Assembly (NCBI GenBank): GCA_050253335.1
Contig: JBFWJG010000020.1
Span: 1 to 37,929 of the forward strand
Direction of reading: 5' to 3'
Source of the DNA: Deferribacterales bacterium
GTDB taxonomy: Bacteria > Chrysiogenota > Deferribacteres > Deferribacterales > Geovibrionaceae
DNA length: 37,929 bases
This document shows, piece by piece, positions 7,460-16,848 of the stretch; the first letter of the stretch is position 1, and every line of letters starts with the position of its first letter. The translations under genes and the position numbers were made by a program. The notes beneath the pieces were generated by a model. That model was not told the origin of the DNA. It worked only from the letters and a program-made list of their open reading frames with translations, and ran no database searches.

Positions 7460-8009
7460 CTTTCATTATTCTGCTGATGTTTGTTCTGTGTTTATAGATC
7501 ACAAAAGCGGCGATAACCACTGTAAAAATTTTTAATGATACCGTGGTGTCCATAAGAACAACCGAGGCGGCAAGGACAGCGGCGGCGGTTATTGAACTCA
7601 GAGAGACCATCCGTCCGACATAAAACACCACGCCGAATGCCACAGCGGCCACTCCCAGCGGAACAGGAGCCAGAGCGAGAAAAACCCCCACAGCGGTTGC
7701 AACCCCTTTGCCCCCCTTGAAATTGAGAAAAACAGTGTAAGTATGCCCCAGAACAACAAGCACGGCGGCTATAAGCACCACATCGGGATAAAGCATTCCC
7801 GTTACCCACACAGGGATGAACCCTTTGAGCATATCTGCTGTAAAAACAGCGGCAAAACCCCATTTCCCGAGGATTCTGGCGGCGTTGGTAGCGCCTACGT
7901 TTCCGCTGCCGACAGTTCTTATATCCACACCCTTGAGTTTCTTCACCAGAAGATACGCAGTCGGTACGGAGCCCACAAGATAACAAATAATCAGTAAAAC
8001 AAATTTCAT
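7419..8009 (-). CDS. plsY: Acyl-phosphate:glycerol-3-phosphate acyltransferase
   Basis: GSGNVGATNAAR, GH...FKGGKGVAT, HRTNISR; hydrophobic membrane protein. Confidence 0.96.
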   Translation of the reverse strand: MKFVLLIICYLVGSVPTAYLLVKKLKGVDIRTVGSGNVGATNAARILGKWGFAAVFTADMLKGFIPVWVTGMLYPDVVLIAAVLVVLGHTYTVFLNFKGGKGVATAVGVFLALAPVPLGVAAVAFGVVFYVGRMVSLSSITAAAVLAASVVLMDTTVSLKIFTVVIAAFVIYKHRTNISRIMKGEETKVEFNRKSS

Positions 8010-9088
8010 CTTACAAACACCTTATGCAGAAATGAACGCCTCATGCCCACTGCGTCCGACTCGCAGACCTCGTGACAGCAGAAGCATTCTATGCACTTGT
8101 CAGTTTCTATGAAAAATTCACCGTCAGTGCGTATAGCATCCACAGGACAGCTTTTTACGCACAGACGGCATTTTATACATTTCTCCGTGATAATGAAAGG
8201 CTTAACGAAAACCCTGTCAGATACCCATGATTTAAGAAACTCCGGCAGAACAGGAACTTTTTTGGAAACAGGAATTTTCACCCTGAACCTTCCTGCGGGC
8301 ATATCCGCCTGAATCAGAGATGTGTCATACCCTGCCCTCTTGGCGCCAAGAGTCGTCAGACAGAAGTCCTCATCAAAGCCAAGCAGGCGGGTTACAGCCG
8401 CATCCAGTGCCACTGCATCGCTTGACGCAGCCATAAGCCCAAGGTGAACAGGCTTACCCCTTGATGGGCCGTCACCCTCGTGGGCTGTTATGCCGTCCAG
8501 CAGATTCAGGATCTTCCCCTCAAACATGGAAAAGAAATCGTATATATTATAAGCCAGCTCCCTGTCATCCGGATGTTCCCTGTGGTAGCCCACCTTGGCG
8601 TTGCCGGGCACAAGCCCGAACATATTCTTAACGCAAAGGGTGAGCCCTGTCAGGGAGTGGGTTTTGAGCTTTGCTGTATTTATTATTATATCAGCCTCGT
8701 CAGCGGCGGGGGCATAAACCCGTCCGTTTCTGATTTTCGGCGCGGATGCCTCCATGCGGACAGTGCGTATTCCGTGTTTTTCGCATATCTCTGCCATGCC
8801 TGTCTTTTTCAGGACGGTTTCATATTTGCCGAAGTTCGCACCCGGACTGTCGCCGAGAAAAAGCTCCGCATCCGTATATTTTTTCAAGGCTGTCACAGCA
8901 GCCTCAACAAACAGCGGATGGGTGGTGATCCCCCTTTCGGGAGGGGCGGCAAGGAGAAGATTGGGCTTGAGCAGAATTTTCCCTGCCTCTGCAAGCCTTT
9001 GGGCATGGAGGGAAAAAAAGGAGTCGATAAATGAAACAACGGCGGGGTCGGAATACCCCTTTGCCGTACTAAGGCTTACTTTTTTCAT
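8006..9088 (-). CDS. DUF362 domain protein with C-terminal 2x[4Fe-4S] ferredoxin
   Basis: LLKPNLL, TTHP, KLKTH..LTLCVKNMFG, EGDGP; CIKCRLCVKSCP and CIECFCCHEVC. Confidence 0.85.
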   Translation of the reverse strand: MKKVSLSTAKGYSDPAVVSFIDSFFSLHAQRLAEAGKILLKPNLLLAAPPERGITTHPLFVEAAVTALKKYTDAELFLGDSPGANFGKYETVLKKTGMAEICEKHGIRTVRMEASAPKIRNGRVYAPAADEADIIINTAKLKTHSLTGLTLCVKNMFGLVPGNAKVGYHREHPDDRELAYNIYDFFSMFEGKILNLLDGITAHEGDGPSRGKPVHLGLMAASSDAVALDAAVTRLLGFDEDFCLTTLGAKRAGYDTSLIQADMPAGRFRVKIPVSKKVPVLPEFLKSWVSDRVFVKPFIITEKCIKCRLCVKSCPVDAIRTDGEFFIETDKCIECFCCHEVCESDAVGMRRSFLHKVFVR

Positions 9089-9638
9089 CAGCAGGCTTGT
9101 AATAACCTCTGAAATATTCCCAAGCGGAATACATGGAGAATATGAGCGATATGTAGACCAGTATTGTTCCTATAAGGTGTATGTCCAGCCCTAAGAGCTT
9201 GTTTTTGAAGATAATGCAGCCTACCCCGGTCATCTGGAAGCCTGTTTTCCATTTTCCGGCGCTGCCCGCCGCTATGATTATGCCTTTGCTGGCGGCAAGG
9301 TTGCGCAGAGCGCCCACGGCAAAATCACGGGTGAGGATAATCATAAGGATGAAGCCTTCAAGCCTGCCCATCTCCACCAGAGCGATCATAGTGGCGGCAA
9401 CGAATATTTTATCCGCCACAGGGTCGAGGATTTTGCCGAGATCAGTCACCATATTGTATTTTCTGGCTATGTAGCCGTCAACATAGTCTGTAGCGGCGAA
9501 CACGGTGTATATGACGCAGGCAATTACATTAAGCAAAGGCTGGTCAAAATAGAGAAAAGCAAGGAAAACAGGAACTGAGATAATTCTCAGCGCCGTAAGC
9601 AGGTTGGCGGGGTTCAGCTCGCGCTGTACTTTATTCAT
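9069..9638 (-). CDS. pgsA: CDP-diacylglycerol--glycerol-3-phosphate 3-phosphatidyltransferase
   Basis: ANLLTALRI; DYVDGYIARKYNMVTDLGKILDPVADK CDP-alcohol phosphotransferase motif. Confidence 0.93.
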   Translation of the reverse strand: MNKVQRELNPANLLTALRIISVPVFLAFLYFDQPLLNVIACVIYTVFAATDYVDGYIARKYNMVTDLGKILDPVADKIFVAATMIALVEMGRLEGFILMIILTRDFAVGALRNLAASKGIIIAAGSAGKWKTGFQMTGVGCIIFKNKLLGLDIHLIGTILVYISLIFSMYSAWEYFRGYYKPADEKSKP

Positions 9639-9673
9639 AAAAAACTTCCGTAATATTTTTAATAGCAGGGTGA

Positions 9674-9702
9674 ATTATATACGCTCATGTCTTTATTTAC
9701 AA
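9674..9702 (-). promoter_or_regulatory. Putative sigma70 promoter for the pgsA...rib...yhaM unit
   Basis: TTGTAA-N17-TATAAT on the minus strand in an AT-rich gap upstream of pgsA. Confidence 0.65.
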
Positions 9703-9711
9703 AGAAAAATT

Positions 9712-11454
9712 TCAGGAGAAGAAAATGCCCTCTCCCTGATTCTCCACAAAGGCGGTAACCTTTTCCTCCGCCAGCACGGATGTGTCGCACTTCATAAGAT
9801 CCGTCACAAGGTGCTCGCAGTCATGAACTTTCAGCTGTTTAATAAGCTTTTTCGCCCTGAGTATATGGGCGGGGCTCATGCTGAGCTGTCTGTAGCCGAG
9901 ACCCAGAAGTATGGGGATATATCTGGGCTCGCCCGCTATCTCCCCGCAGACGGAGCAGTCTATCCCCTCTTTTCTGGCGGCGGTGATGATAGTGTTCAGA
10001 AGCGTGAGAATCGCCGGATGCGCAGGCCTGTAAAGATATGCCACGTATTCGTTGTTGCGGTCAATGCCCAAGGTATACTGTATGAGGTCGTTCGTGCCGA
10101 CGCTCATGAAATCCACCTCACGGGCTATCAGGCCGCTGATTATGGCTATGGAGGGAAGCTCCACCATTATGCCGAGCTTTATATTGTCTGCAAAAGGTAT
10201 CCCTTCCGCACGGAGCGATTTCTTTGCGGATTCATACACCTCGCGCACCTTGCGGTATTCATGCAGACCGGAGATCATGGGGAACATTATCTTTATATCC
10301 CCGTAGACAGACGCGCGGAGGATGGCTCTCAGCTGTCTTATGAAAAACTCCCTGAAACGCAGGGAATAGCGCACTGCGCGGAGCCCCATCACCGGGTTCT
10401 GCTCTTTCGGGTGCGGCATCTCCTCTGAAAGCTTTTCTCCGCCGAGGTCGAATGTCCTTATTGTGGTGGGCTTGCCGCTGTTCAGTTCCAGAGCCTCTTT
10501 CAGAATCTGAAACTGTTTTTCCTCGGAGACATCCCCGTGCTGGAGGTAGATGTATTCCGTTCTGTAAAGCCCCACTCCGGAGGCGTTATTCAGGTTCGAG
10601 AGGTGAATTTCGTCATTAAGCTCCACGTTGGAGTAAAGGTAGACATCCACCCCGTCCGCAGTGCGCACTTCAGTGTCGCGCAGGTTTTCCAGAGATGTGA
10701 TGTAGTCGCGGTAGCGTCTTTCTTTTATCGTATATTTTTCAAGGGTTGCCGCATCGGGGTTGATGATAACCACCCCCTCGAACCCGTCCAGAATAATCGT
10801 GTCGCCGCTTTCGGCTATTTTTGAAATATCCTCAAGCCCCACAACAGCCGGAAGACCCAGAGAACGGGCGAGTATTGATGTGTGGGATATTTTGCTGCCC
10901 AGATCTGTGGCGAAGCCTTTTATGTTTTTCTTGAGTATGTGTGTTGTGTCGGACGGGGAAAGGTCATGGGAAACCACAACGGAGTTCTCCTCCACCTGTT
11001 CCAGAATGTCATAGCCTTCGCCCGTGAGGAAGCGGAGAAGCTTCTGCACTATATGAACAACATCGTTCCCCCTCTCACGGAGGTATTCATCATCAGCCCG
11101 CTGAAAAACACGGCTGAGTTCCCTGCCTGTATTGTGCAGAGCCTGTTCGGCATTTACCAGACTGTTCCTGACAATCTCTTTGCTTTTCCCTATGAGCATT
11201 TCATCGCGAAGAAGCATCAGGTAAACGTCGAAAATCATTGAATGGCTTTCGGAATATGTGTCTCTGCCCATTTCACGCACTTTTTCGATATAAGCGGTGG
11301 CGTCCGCCACTGCCGCGTCAATCCGCGCGCACTCGGTCTCTGTCTCAGTCGGTTCGATCCTTCGCTTCTGAAAGCTCACTTTCAGACGGTCAAGGAGATA
11401 GCACTTGCCTATCGATACCCCTTCGGATGAGCCTATACCCTTGTAGATCTTCAT
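9712..11454 (-). CDS. ptsI: PTS enzyme I (phosphoenolpyruvate-protein phosphotransferase)
   Basis: SHTSILARSLG phospho-His motif, GVGLYRTE, RTFDLGGEK, SVGTNDLIQY, CGEIAG; 580 aa with no GAF domain. Confidence 0.95.
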   Translation of the reverse strand: MKIYKGIGSSEGVSIGKCYLLDRLKVSFQKRRIEPTETETECARIDAAVADATAYIEKVREMGRDTYSESHSMIFDVYLMLLRDEMLIGKSKEIVRNSLVNAEQALHNTGRELSRVFQRADDEYLRERGNDVVHIVQKLLRFLTGEGYDILEQVEENSVVVSHDLSPSDTTHILKKNIKGFATDLGSKISHTSILARSLGLPAVVGLEDISKIAESGDTIILDGFEGVVIINPDAATLEKYTIKERRYRDYITSLENLRDTEVRTADGVDVYLYSNVELNDEIHLSNLNNASGVGLYRTEYIYLQHGDVSEEKQFQILKEALELNSGKPTTIRTFDLGGEKLSEEMPHPKEQNPVMGLRAVRYSLRFREFFIRQLRAILRASVYGDIKIMFPMISGLHEYRKVREVYESAKKSLRAEGIPFADNIKLGIMVELPSIAIISGLIAREVDFMSVGTNDLIQYTLGIDRNNEYVAYLYRPAHPAILTLLNTIITAARKEGIDCSVCGEIAGEPRYIPILLGLGYRQLSMSPAHILRAKKLIKQLKVHDCEHLVTDLMKCDTSVLAEEKVTAFVENQGEGIFFS

Positions 11455-11726
11455 TTTCCCTCACCGAACCTGTCAGCGACAAGATTCTCAATGGCGCACA
11501 CAGCCTCGTCCGCATCGGTTCCGTTGGCGATTATTTCTATAAAGCTTCCCTTCTGAGCGGCAAGCATCATAAGCCCCATAATACTTTTTCCGTTTACTTC
11601 AAAGCCGTCCTTTTTCACTTTGATATCGCAGGAAAATTTCTCGGCAACCTTAACAAGGTTCGCAGCCGCCCTTGCGTGCAGTCCGAGTTCGTTCACTATT
11701 TCCAGTTTTTTGTTAAGTAACTGCAT
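11451..11726 (-). CDS. ptsH: HPr phosphocarrier protein
   Basis: GLHARAA (His15 motif) and NGKSIMGLM (Ser46 motif). Confidence 0.95.
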   Translation of the reverse strand: MQLLNKKLEIVNELGLHARAAANLVKVAEKFSCDIKVKKDGFEVNGKSIMGLMMLAAQKGSFIEIIANGTDADEAVCAIENLVADRFGEGK

Positions 11727-12425
11727 CTAAACTCCCAATTGAAAAAATATTATTCCGCTCAGAATAAGGTTAATCATAAGCCCCAGAGTTATATCCAGCT
11801 TTTTGGCCAGAACAAGCCCCATGGCAAGATAACCGGCGGCAATAAAAAAGACATCCACGCTTATTTCAGCGCTTGTTTTAAACATATATGAAAGAAACAC
11901 TCCCAGAAAAAAAACGCTTATGAGATCAAAGTGCTCCGGCCATTTATTAAACCCTATGCGGTTGAACCAGACTATGACATCGCGCCCCAACTCTCTGCCC
12001 AGACTGTAGCCGGTGAAAAGGAAGGCGAAATGAAAAATATTGAATGTGAGGAGGTATATCATCACCCCCGTGAACGGATCCACAGTTCCCACAATTGCGG
12101 CAAAAACAAAGGAGAACGGGCGGAGCGAGTGCCAGAAAAAGCTGTCCCCCAACGCGCCGAAGGCTGAGGCATAAGCCTTTTTAAAAGTTTCCGGCTCGAA
12201 TCCGTTTTTATATTCGGTAAGCCACATGCCGAGGATGAAGTTTACGAGAAACGGGTGGGTGTTGAAATATTTCCGCTGATTCTCCAGACATTTTTCGTCA
12301 ATGGATATTCCGTCCCGCTTGGCGGCATCCCTGAGCAGGTAGTAAAAGCCCGTGCCCTGCATGTTTTCATGATTCAGTCCGGCTTGATAAAAAAGACTTT
12401 TCAGGAGAGTGACAATGTTTCTCAT
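11727..12425 (-). CDS. PTS mannose/fructose/sorbose family IID component (short, divergent)
   Basis: NHENMQGTGF, YFNTHPF, GDSFFW..LRP; start set at the ATG overlapping the IIC stop (ATGA). Confidence 0.85.
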   Translation of the reverse strand: MRNIVTLLKSLFYQAGLNHENMQGTGFYYLLRDAAKRDGISIDEKCLENQRKYFNTHPFLVNFILGMWLTEYKNGFEPETFKKAYASAFGALGDSFFWHSLRPFSFVFAAIVGTVDPFTGVMIYLLTFNIFHFAFLFTGYSLGRELGRDVIVWFNRIGFNKWPEHFDLISVFFLGVFLSYMFKTSAEISVDVFFIAAGYLAMGLVLAKKLDITLGLMINLILSGIIFFQLGV

Positions 12426-13078
12426 AAAACAGCCCATCCCACCAGAACACCGCAGAGGAAAAGCACATACTTAACATAGCTGTTGCCGGAAAGAAATCGG
12501 AGAAGAAAGCCGGAAAGAAATATTATTGTGAAGACAATGTAGGGGATGTAATTGTCATCCCCGGGAAGGTAAGCCGCGAACCACTGGTAAAGTGTGTATA
12601 TAATGACAAACGCCAGATTATAGACCACAACGCCCTGTCCGTAATGAAACAGGAGCCCCAGCTTCACCAGCTTTGAGGCATTGAACTTATCCCCCCTGCC
12701 AAGCTCCCGGAGATAAAGCCTTTTGTTGAGCTTTCTGCATATATGGAGGGAGAGGGTGACGGGGTATGTGAAAACAATAACAAGCATGAGCGCCAGAATA
12801 AAGCTACTCATCCCCGTTACGGCGTGGTATGACAAAACAAGGCTGAAGGAGTATGCCCCGAAACTGTCGTCTCTGGAAATCCTTGTGCCCACAGGGACAT
12901 CCACAAGCCCGATTATTTCAAAAATCAGCCCGCCGAGAAAGCACAGCTCCACCGAGCCAAAAAGAAGACCTATGACAACCGCAACAACAAGGGGGCGGGA
13001 TATCATGGTGTTGAAGCCTGCGGCTCTGTCCACGGTGATTATCCCCGAAAAAGCTAACAGCAGAATCAGCTGGGTCAT
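12422..13078 (-). CDS. PTS mannose family IIC component (short, divergent)
   Basis: ISRPLVV..G....G, E....DVPVG; hydrophobic; lies between IIB and IID. Confidence 0.78.
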   Translation of the reverse strand: MTQLILLLAFSGIITVDRAAGFNTMISRPLVVAVVIGLLFGSVELCFLGGLIFEIIGLVDVPVGTRISRDDSFGAYSFSLVLSYHAVTGMSSFILALMLVIVFTYPVTLSLHICRKLNKRLYLRELGRGDKFNASKLVKLGLLFHYGQGVVVYNLAFVIIYTLYQWFAAYLPGDDNYIPYIVFTIIFLSGFLLRFLSGNSYVKYVLFLCGVLVGWAVL

Positions 13079-13566
13079 AACCCGCCTTTGAGAAGCTTGG
13101 AAAAGTTTCTTATCTCCACACTAGGCTCCCACGGAACCTTATGGATATATACTTCCACCATATCCCTGATGGAACAGACCTGTTCAATCTCGTTCAGGTC
13201 GAGAAACACGGTGTTGGAAACCTCCACCTTGTGCTCCCGACAGGCAACACAGCCTATATTCACATAAACATCATTGTCTATAAGCTCGGTACAGCGGGCA
13301 AGATCCTCAACCGATTCCATCAGCACCAGAGTGTAGTCTCTGGCGCCTTTCAGCCTGCCGAAGCCCGTGATGAACTGGTCAACGTTCATAATCTCCAGTG
13401 TACAGCCCGAAGGAAGTGCGCTCTGGAAAATCATCCGCTGAAGGCTGTCTCCGGCAATGCGGTCGCTCACAACCATAATGCGGTGGATCTTGTAATACTT
13501 GACCCAGCCTTCAATAACCTGACCATGTATAAGTCTGTCATCAACGCGAAAAATTATCTTCTTCAT
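13075..13566 (-). CDS. PTS mannose/sorbose family IIB component
   Basis: RVDDRLIHGQV phospho-His motif. Confidence 0.92.
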   Translation of the reverse strand: MKKIIFRVDDRLIHGQVIEGWVKYYKIHRIMVVSDRIAGDSLQRMIFQSALPSGCTLEIMNVDQFITGFGRLKGARDYTLVLMESVEDLARCTELIDNDVYVNIGCVACREHKVEVSNTVFLDLNEIEQVCSIRDMVEVYIHKVPWEPSVEIRNFSKLLKGGL

Positions 13567-13976
13567 GATGTCTCTTTCAAAAGCTCTCCGGCAACTATTA
13601 TGCTCTGCCTTGCGGAGTCAGCGCATTCGTTGCACATTGCTCTGATCGATTTATTTTCCCGCCTAAGCCCCAGAGCCTTGATAAGCATCGGGAGATTAAC
13701 GCCGGAAACAACCTCGACATTTTTAGCGCCAAGGTAAGCCATAGCCACGTTTGAGGGGCTTCCGCCGAACATATCGGTGAACACTATGGCTCCCGATTCC
13801 TCATATCTGGCGATCATTTTCTCTATTTCGTCAGCAACATCCGCCAGAGATGAGCCGTACTCCATGGAAATCGTCTCCACACCTTCCTGAGAGCCCAAAA
13901 TCATCTCTGCGCTTTTTTTAAGCTCCTCACCGAATCTGCCGTGTGTCACAAGAACTATTCCGACCATCATTGTCAC
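13563..13976 (-). CDS. PTS mannose family IIA component
   Basis: VTHG, TDMFGGSPSN, SGVNLPML. Confidence 0.92.
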   Translation of the reverse strand: MTMMVGIVLVTHGRFGEELKKSAEMILGSQEGVETISMEYGSSLADVADEIEKMIARYEESGAIVFTDMFGGSPSNVAMAYLGAKNVEVVSGVNLPMLIKALGLRRENKSIRAMCNECADSARQSIIVAGELLKETS

Positions 13977-14824
13977 CTGTCCCTATCTCTGTGCTTGGTT
14001 ATAACTTTAAATTTAGCTGTTTCTTTCAGATATTTCGACAGATTTTCGGCTATTGCCACGGATCTGTGCTTACCGCCTGTGCATCCTATTGATACAGTAA
14101 GGAATCTTTTACCCTCTTCAATATAGTTCGGAACGAGGAAATCCAGCATATTTTTCAGTTTTTCAAGGAAAATCCCTGTTCTTTCATCGGAGAAAACATA
14201 TTCCTGAACCTCTTTTTCCATGCCCGTTTTTTCCTTGAGCATATCCTCAAAGTGAGGGTTCTTCAGGAAACGGACATCGAAAAGAAGATCCGAATCTTCC
14301 GGCACGCCGTATTTAAAGCCGAATGACTGCACAGTTACGCTGAGCTGGGAGGAGTCGTCGTCCATGAAATATGACTCCACCTGACGCGCAAGCTCGTGCA
14401 CGGTTTTGCGTGAAGTATCAATGACGATATCCGCTGTTTCTCTTATCTCCTTTAGGCTTGCCCTCTCACTGTCAATCGCCTCGGGCAGGCTTGAGCCCAG
14501 CGGGTGGGTGCGCCTTGTTTCCTTGTAGCGCTTGATAAGAGTTGCGTTGTCCGCCTCGATGAAAAGAACTTTTGCGCCGTAGCTGTTTTTAAGAAGCGAA
14601 ATAACCTCCGAGGCCTTCTCGCTGTTTCTGCTGCGGATGTCAATAACGAGTGCAACCTTGGAAACATCCATGTTAAATGTAAATATCAGTTCCAGAAATT
14701 TTTCAAGAAGCTGCGGGGGAAAGTTATCGACGGTATAATAACCCAAATCCTCAAGAACATCCGCCGCCCTTGATTTTCCGGCGCCGGAAAGCCCTGTGAG
14801 CACAACCAGAGAAACTCTCTGCAC
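13973..14824 (-). CDS. rapZ: RNase adapter RapZ (YvcJ family)
   Basis: GLSGAGKS, KETRRTHPL, SFGFKYG, DVRFL.NP, GCTGGKHRSV. Confidence 0.95.
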   Translation of the reverse strand: MQRVSLVVLTGLSGAGKSRAADVLEDLGYYTVDNFPPQLLEKFLELIFTFNMDVSKVALVIDIRSRNSEKASEVISLLKNSYGAKVLFIEADNATLIKRYKETRRTHPLGSSLPEAIDSERASLKEIRETADIVIDTSRKTVHELARQVESYFMDDDSSQLSVTVQSFGFKYGVPEDSDLLFDVRFLKNPHFEDMLKEKTGMEKEVQEYVFSDERTGIFLEKLKNMLDFLVPNYIEEGKRFLTVSIGCTGGKHRSVAIAENLSKYLKETAKFKVITKHRDRDR

Positions 14825-15825
14825 TATTCTTCCCCCTTTTTAGGAATATTCTTAAATGATAATATCTCTCCGCTCTGTGTGCCATTCTTTTTTCTTTTCG
14901 GGTTCATTCTGTTAAGCAGGTTATCCGAAAAATCCTTTGCGGAGTCATATCCCATAACTTTCAGAAGCTGGTTTCTGGCGGCGACTTCCACAATCACAGC
15001 CATGTTTCTTCCGGCGGTTATAGGCAGAACTATCATAGGGGTTTTTATCTCAAGGGTTTCATAAAACTTCTTTTCAAGGCCGATGCGGTCGCAGCTTCCC
15101 ACCTGATCCCAGTCCACAAACTCAATTACAAGCTCAATTTTTTTGCGCATTCGTATAGCGGTAACTCCGAACATATCCTTTATGTTCAGAATCCCCAGAC
15201 CACGCACTTCAATATGGTGGCGGAGAATGTCGTTGCTCATGCCGACAAGGGTGTCGTAGCGTTTTTTGATGGTAACTATATCGTCCGCCACAAGCCTGTG
15301 GCCGCGCTTCACCAGTTCCACGGCGCATTCGCTTTTGCCTATGCCGCTTCTGCCCATAATAAGCACGCCGATTCCGTAAACGTCCATGAGAACTCCGTGA
15401 ACATTTGTTTCCGGCGCAAGCCTCTCCTCAAGAAAGTCCGTGATAAACTCAATGGCTTTTGAGCTGAGAAGCTTTGTTTTAAAAAGCGGTATGCCGAATT
15501 CCTGCACAGCGGCAAGAAATTCCTTGGGTATTTTGAGGTTTTTGGTAACGATAAAGCAGCATATCTCGTGCTTCATAAGGTTTTCTGCCGCCGATTTGCG
15601 CTGTTTCGGCGGCAGTGTCCAGAGATAGGATATTTCGGTATTGCCGAGGATCTGAATGCGCCCCTCGTGAAGATACTCCGTAAAACCGGCAAGAGCCAGT
15701 CCCGGCTTCTGTATCCGGTGGCTGGTTATGAAAAGTTCATGAATCTGCTTTTTGCCGTAAAGCAGCCTGAGCCCTATGTGTTTCGCACCGGCAGAAAGCA
15801 GATCGGAAACAGGCATTTTATCCAT
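14824..15825 (-). CDS. hprK: HPr kinase/phosphorylase
   Basis: HGVLMDVYGIGVLIMGRSGIGKSE, RGHRLVADD, EVRGLGI, GRNMAVIVEVAARN. Confidence 0.96.
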   Translation of the reverse strand: MDKMPVSDLLSAGAKHIGLRLLYGKKQIHELFITSHRIQKPGLALAGFTEYLHEGRIQILGNTEISYLWTLPPKQRKSAAENLMKHEICCFIVTKNLKIPKEFLAAVQEFGIPLFKTKLLSSKAIEFITDFLEERLAPETNVHGVLMDVYGIGVLIMGRSGIGKSECAVELVKRGHRLVADDIVTIKKRYDTLVGMSNDILRHHIEVRGLGILNIKDMFGVTAIRMRKKIELVIEFVDWDQVGSCDRIGLEKKFYETLEIKTPMIVLPITAGRNMAVIVEVAARNQLLKVMGYDSAKDFSDNLLNRMNPKRKKNGTQSGEILSFKNIPKKGEE

Positions 15826-15849
15826 ACAGATCCACCCGGGATTATTATC

Positions 15850-16305
15850 TTAAAGTTTCTGTTCCTCTTCACGGAGAATAAGGCAGACCTCGCCGGCACT
15901 TTCCGCTTTAAGGACTCTTTCCTTAAAGTCAGTCGCCTTCACGAGCCTGCTTATTTTTGCCAGAGTTTTCAGATGAAGGTTCATCTGTTTCTCAGGAGCA
16001 AGAACAAGAAAAAGTATTTTCACATCCTTTCCGTCCGCAGACTGAAAGGGCAGGCCTTTGCTCAAAGCCAGAAGGATCACAAGGTCATCCACGGCGAGTT
16101 TCGCGTGGGGGATTGCTATCTCCTCGCCCACTCCCGTGCTGCCCAGCTTCTCTCTTTCAAAAAGCGCCGTAAGCGCGGACTCCGTGTCCGCAAGGGCGTT
16201 CTTCCCGTCCAGAAAGCCCACCATCTCGCGTATTGCGGAATCCTTATCCTGAGAAGAAAGGGAGAGGATTACCCTCTCCACGTCGATATATTCGCAAAGA
16301 TTCAT
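15850..16305 (-). CDS. ptsN: PTS IIA (Ntr/fructose-type) protein
   Basis: REKLGSTGVGEEIAIPHA, HLKTLAKISRL; in the rpoN operon. Confidence 0.88.
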   Translation of the reverse strand: MNLCEYIDVERVILSLSSQDKDSAIREMVGFLDGKNALADTESALTALFEREKLGSTGVGEEIAIPHAKLAVDDLVILLALSKGLPFQSADGKDVKILFLVLAPEKQMNLHLKTLAKISRLVKATDFKERVLKAESAGEVCLILREEEQKL

Positions 16306-16313
16306 TCAGCTGC

Positions 16314-16847
16314 CTAAGAGTCAATCAGGCCGATGTTTCCGTCGTCTCTTCTGTAAACGACGCTCAGTTCGCCGGTTTCGGCATTGCGGAAAACGAAGAA
16401 GGTTTTGTTCAGCAGATCCATCTGCATAACGGCTTCTTCAACATCCATGGGTTTCACGGGCATGTCTTTGGATACCACTACGCGGGGTTCATCGCTGTCA
16501 AAGCTGTCAACATCAAGAACATTAAGCTTGAGGGGAGCTTTGAACTCTTTTTCCATAAGTTTTTTGTTTTTCAGCTTTTCTTTGTATTTAACAAGCTGTT
16601 TTTCTATTTTATCCACGGCGAGATCGATGGACGCATAAAGGTCCTCGGACTTCTCAAGCCCTTTCATAAATACGCCTTTAGCAGTGATAAGCACTTCCAC
16701 TATATGAAGATTTTTCTGAACCTCCAGAAGAACGTTAGCCTCTGTGATGTGATCAAAGTATTTTTCAAGTTTAGCGACTTTCTTTTCTGCGTAGCTTCTT
16801 ATGGCATCCGTAATTTCAATGTTTCTTGCAGTGATCTGGACGTTCAT
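16314..16847 (-). CDS. hpf: Ribosome hibernation promoting factor (long HPF)
   Basis: ITDAIRSYAEKK, DLYASIDLAVDKIEKQL, PMDVEEA..QM, VVYRRDDG. Confidence 0.95.
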   Translation of the reverse strand: MNVQITARNIEITDAIRSYAEKKVAKLEKYFDHITEANVLLEVQKNLHIVEVLITAKGVFMKGLEKSEDLYASIDLAVDKIEKQLVKYKEKLKNKKLMEKEFKAPLKLNVLDVDSFDSDEPRVVVSKDMPVKPMDVEEAVMQMDLLNKTFFVFRNAETGELSVVYRRDDGNIGLIDS

Positions 16848-16848
16848 G

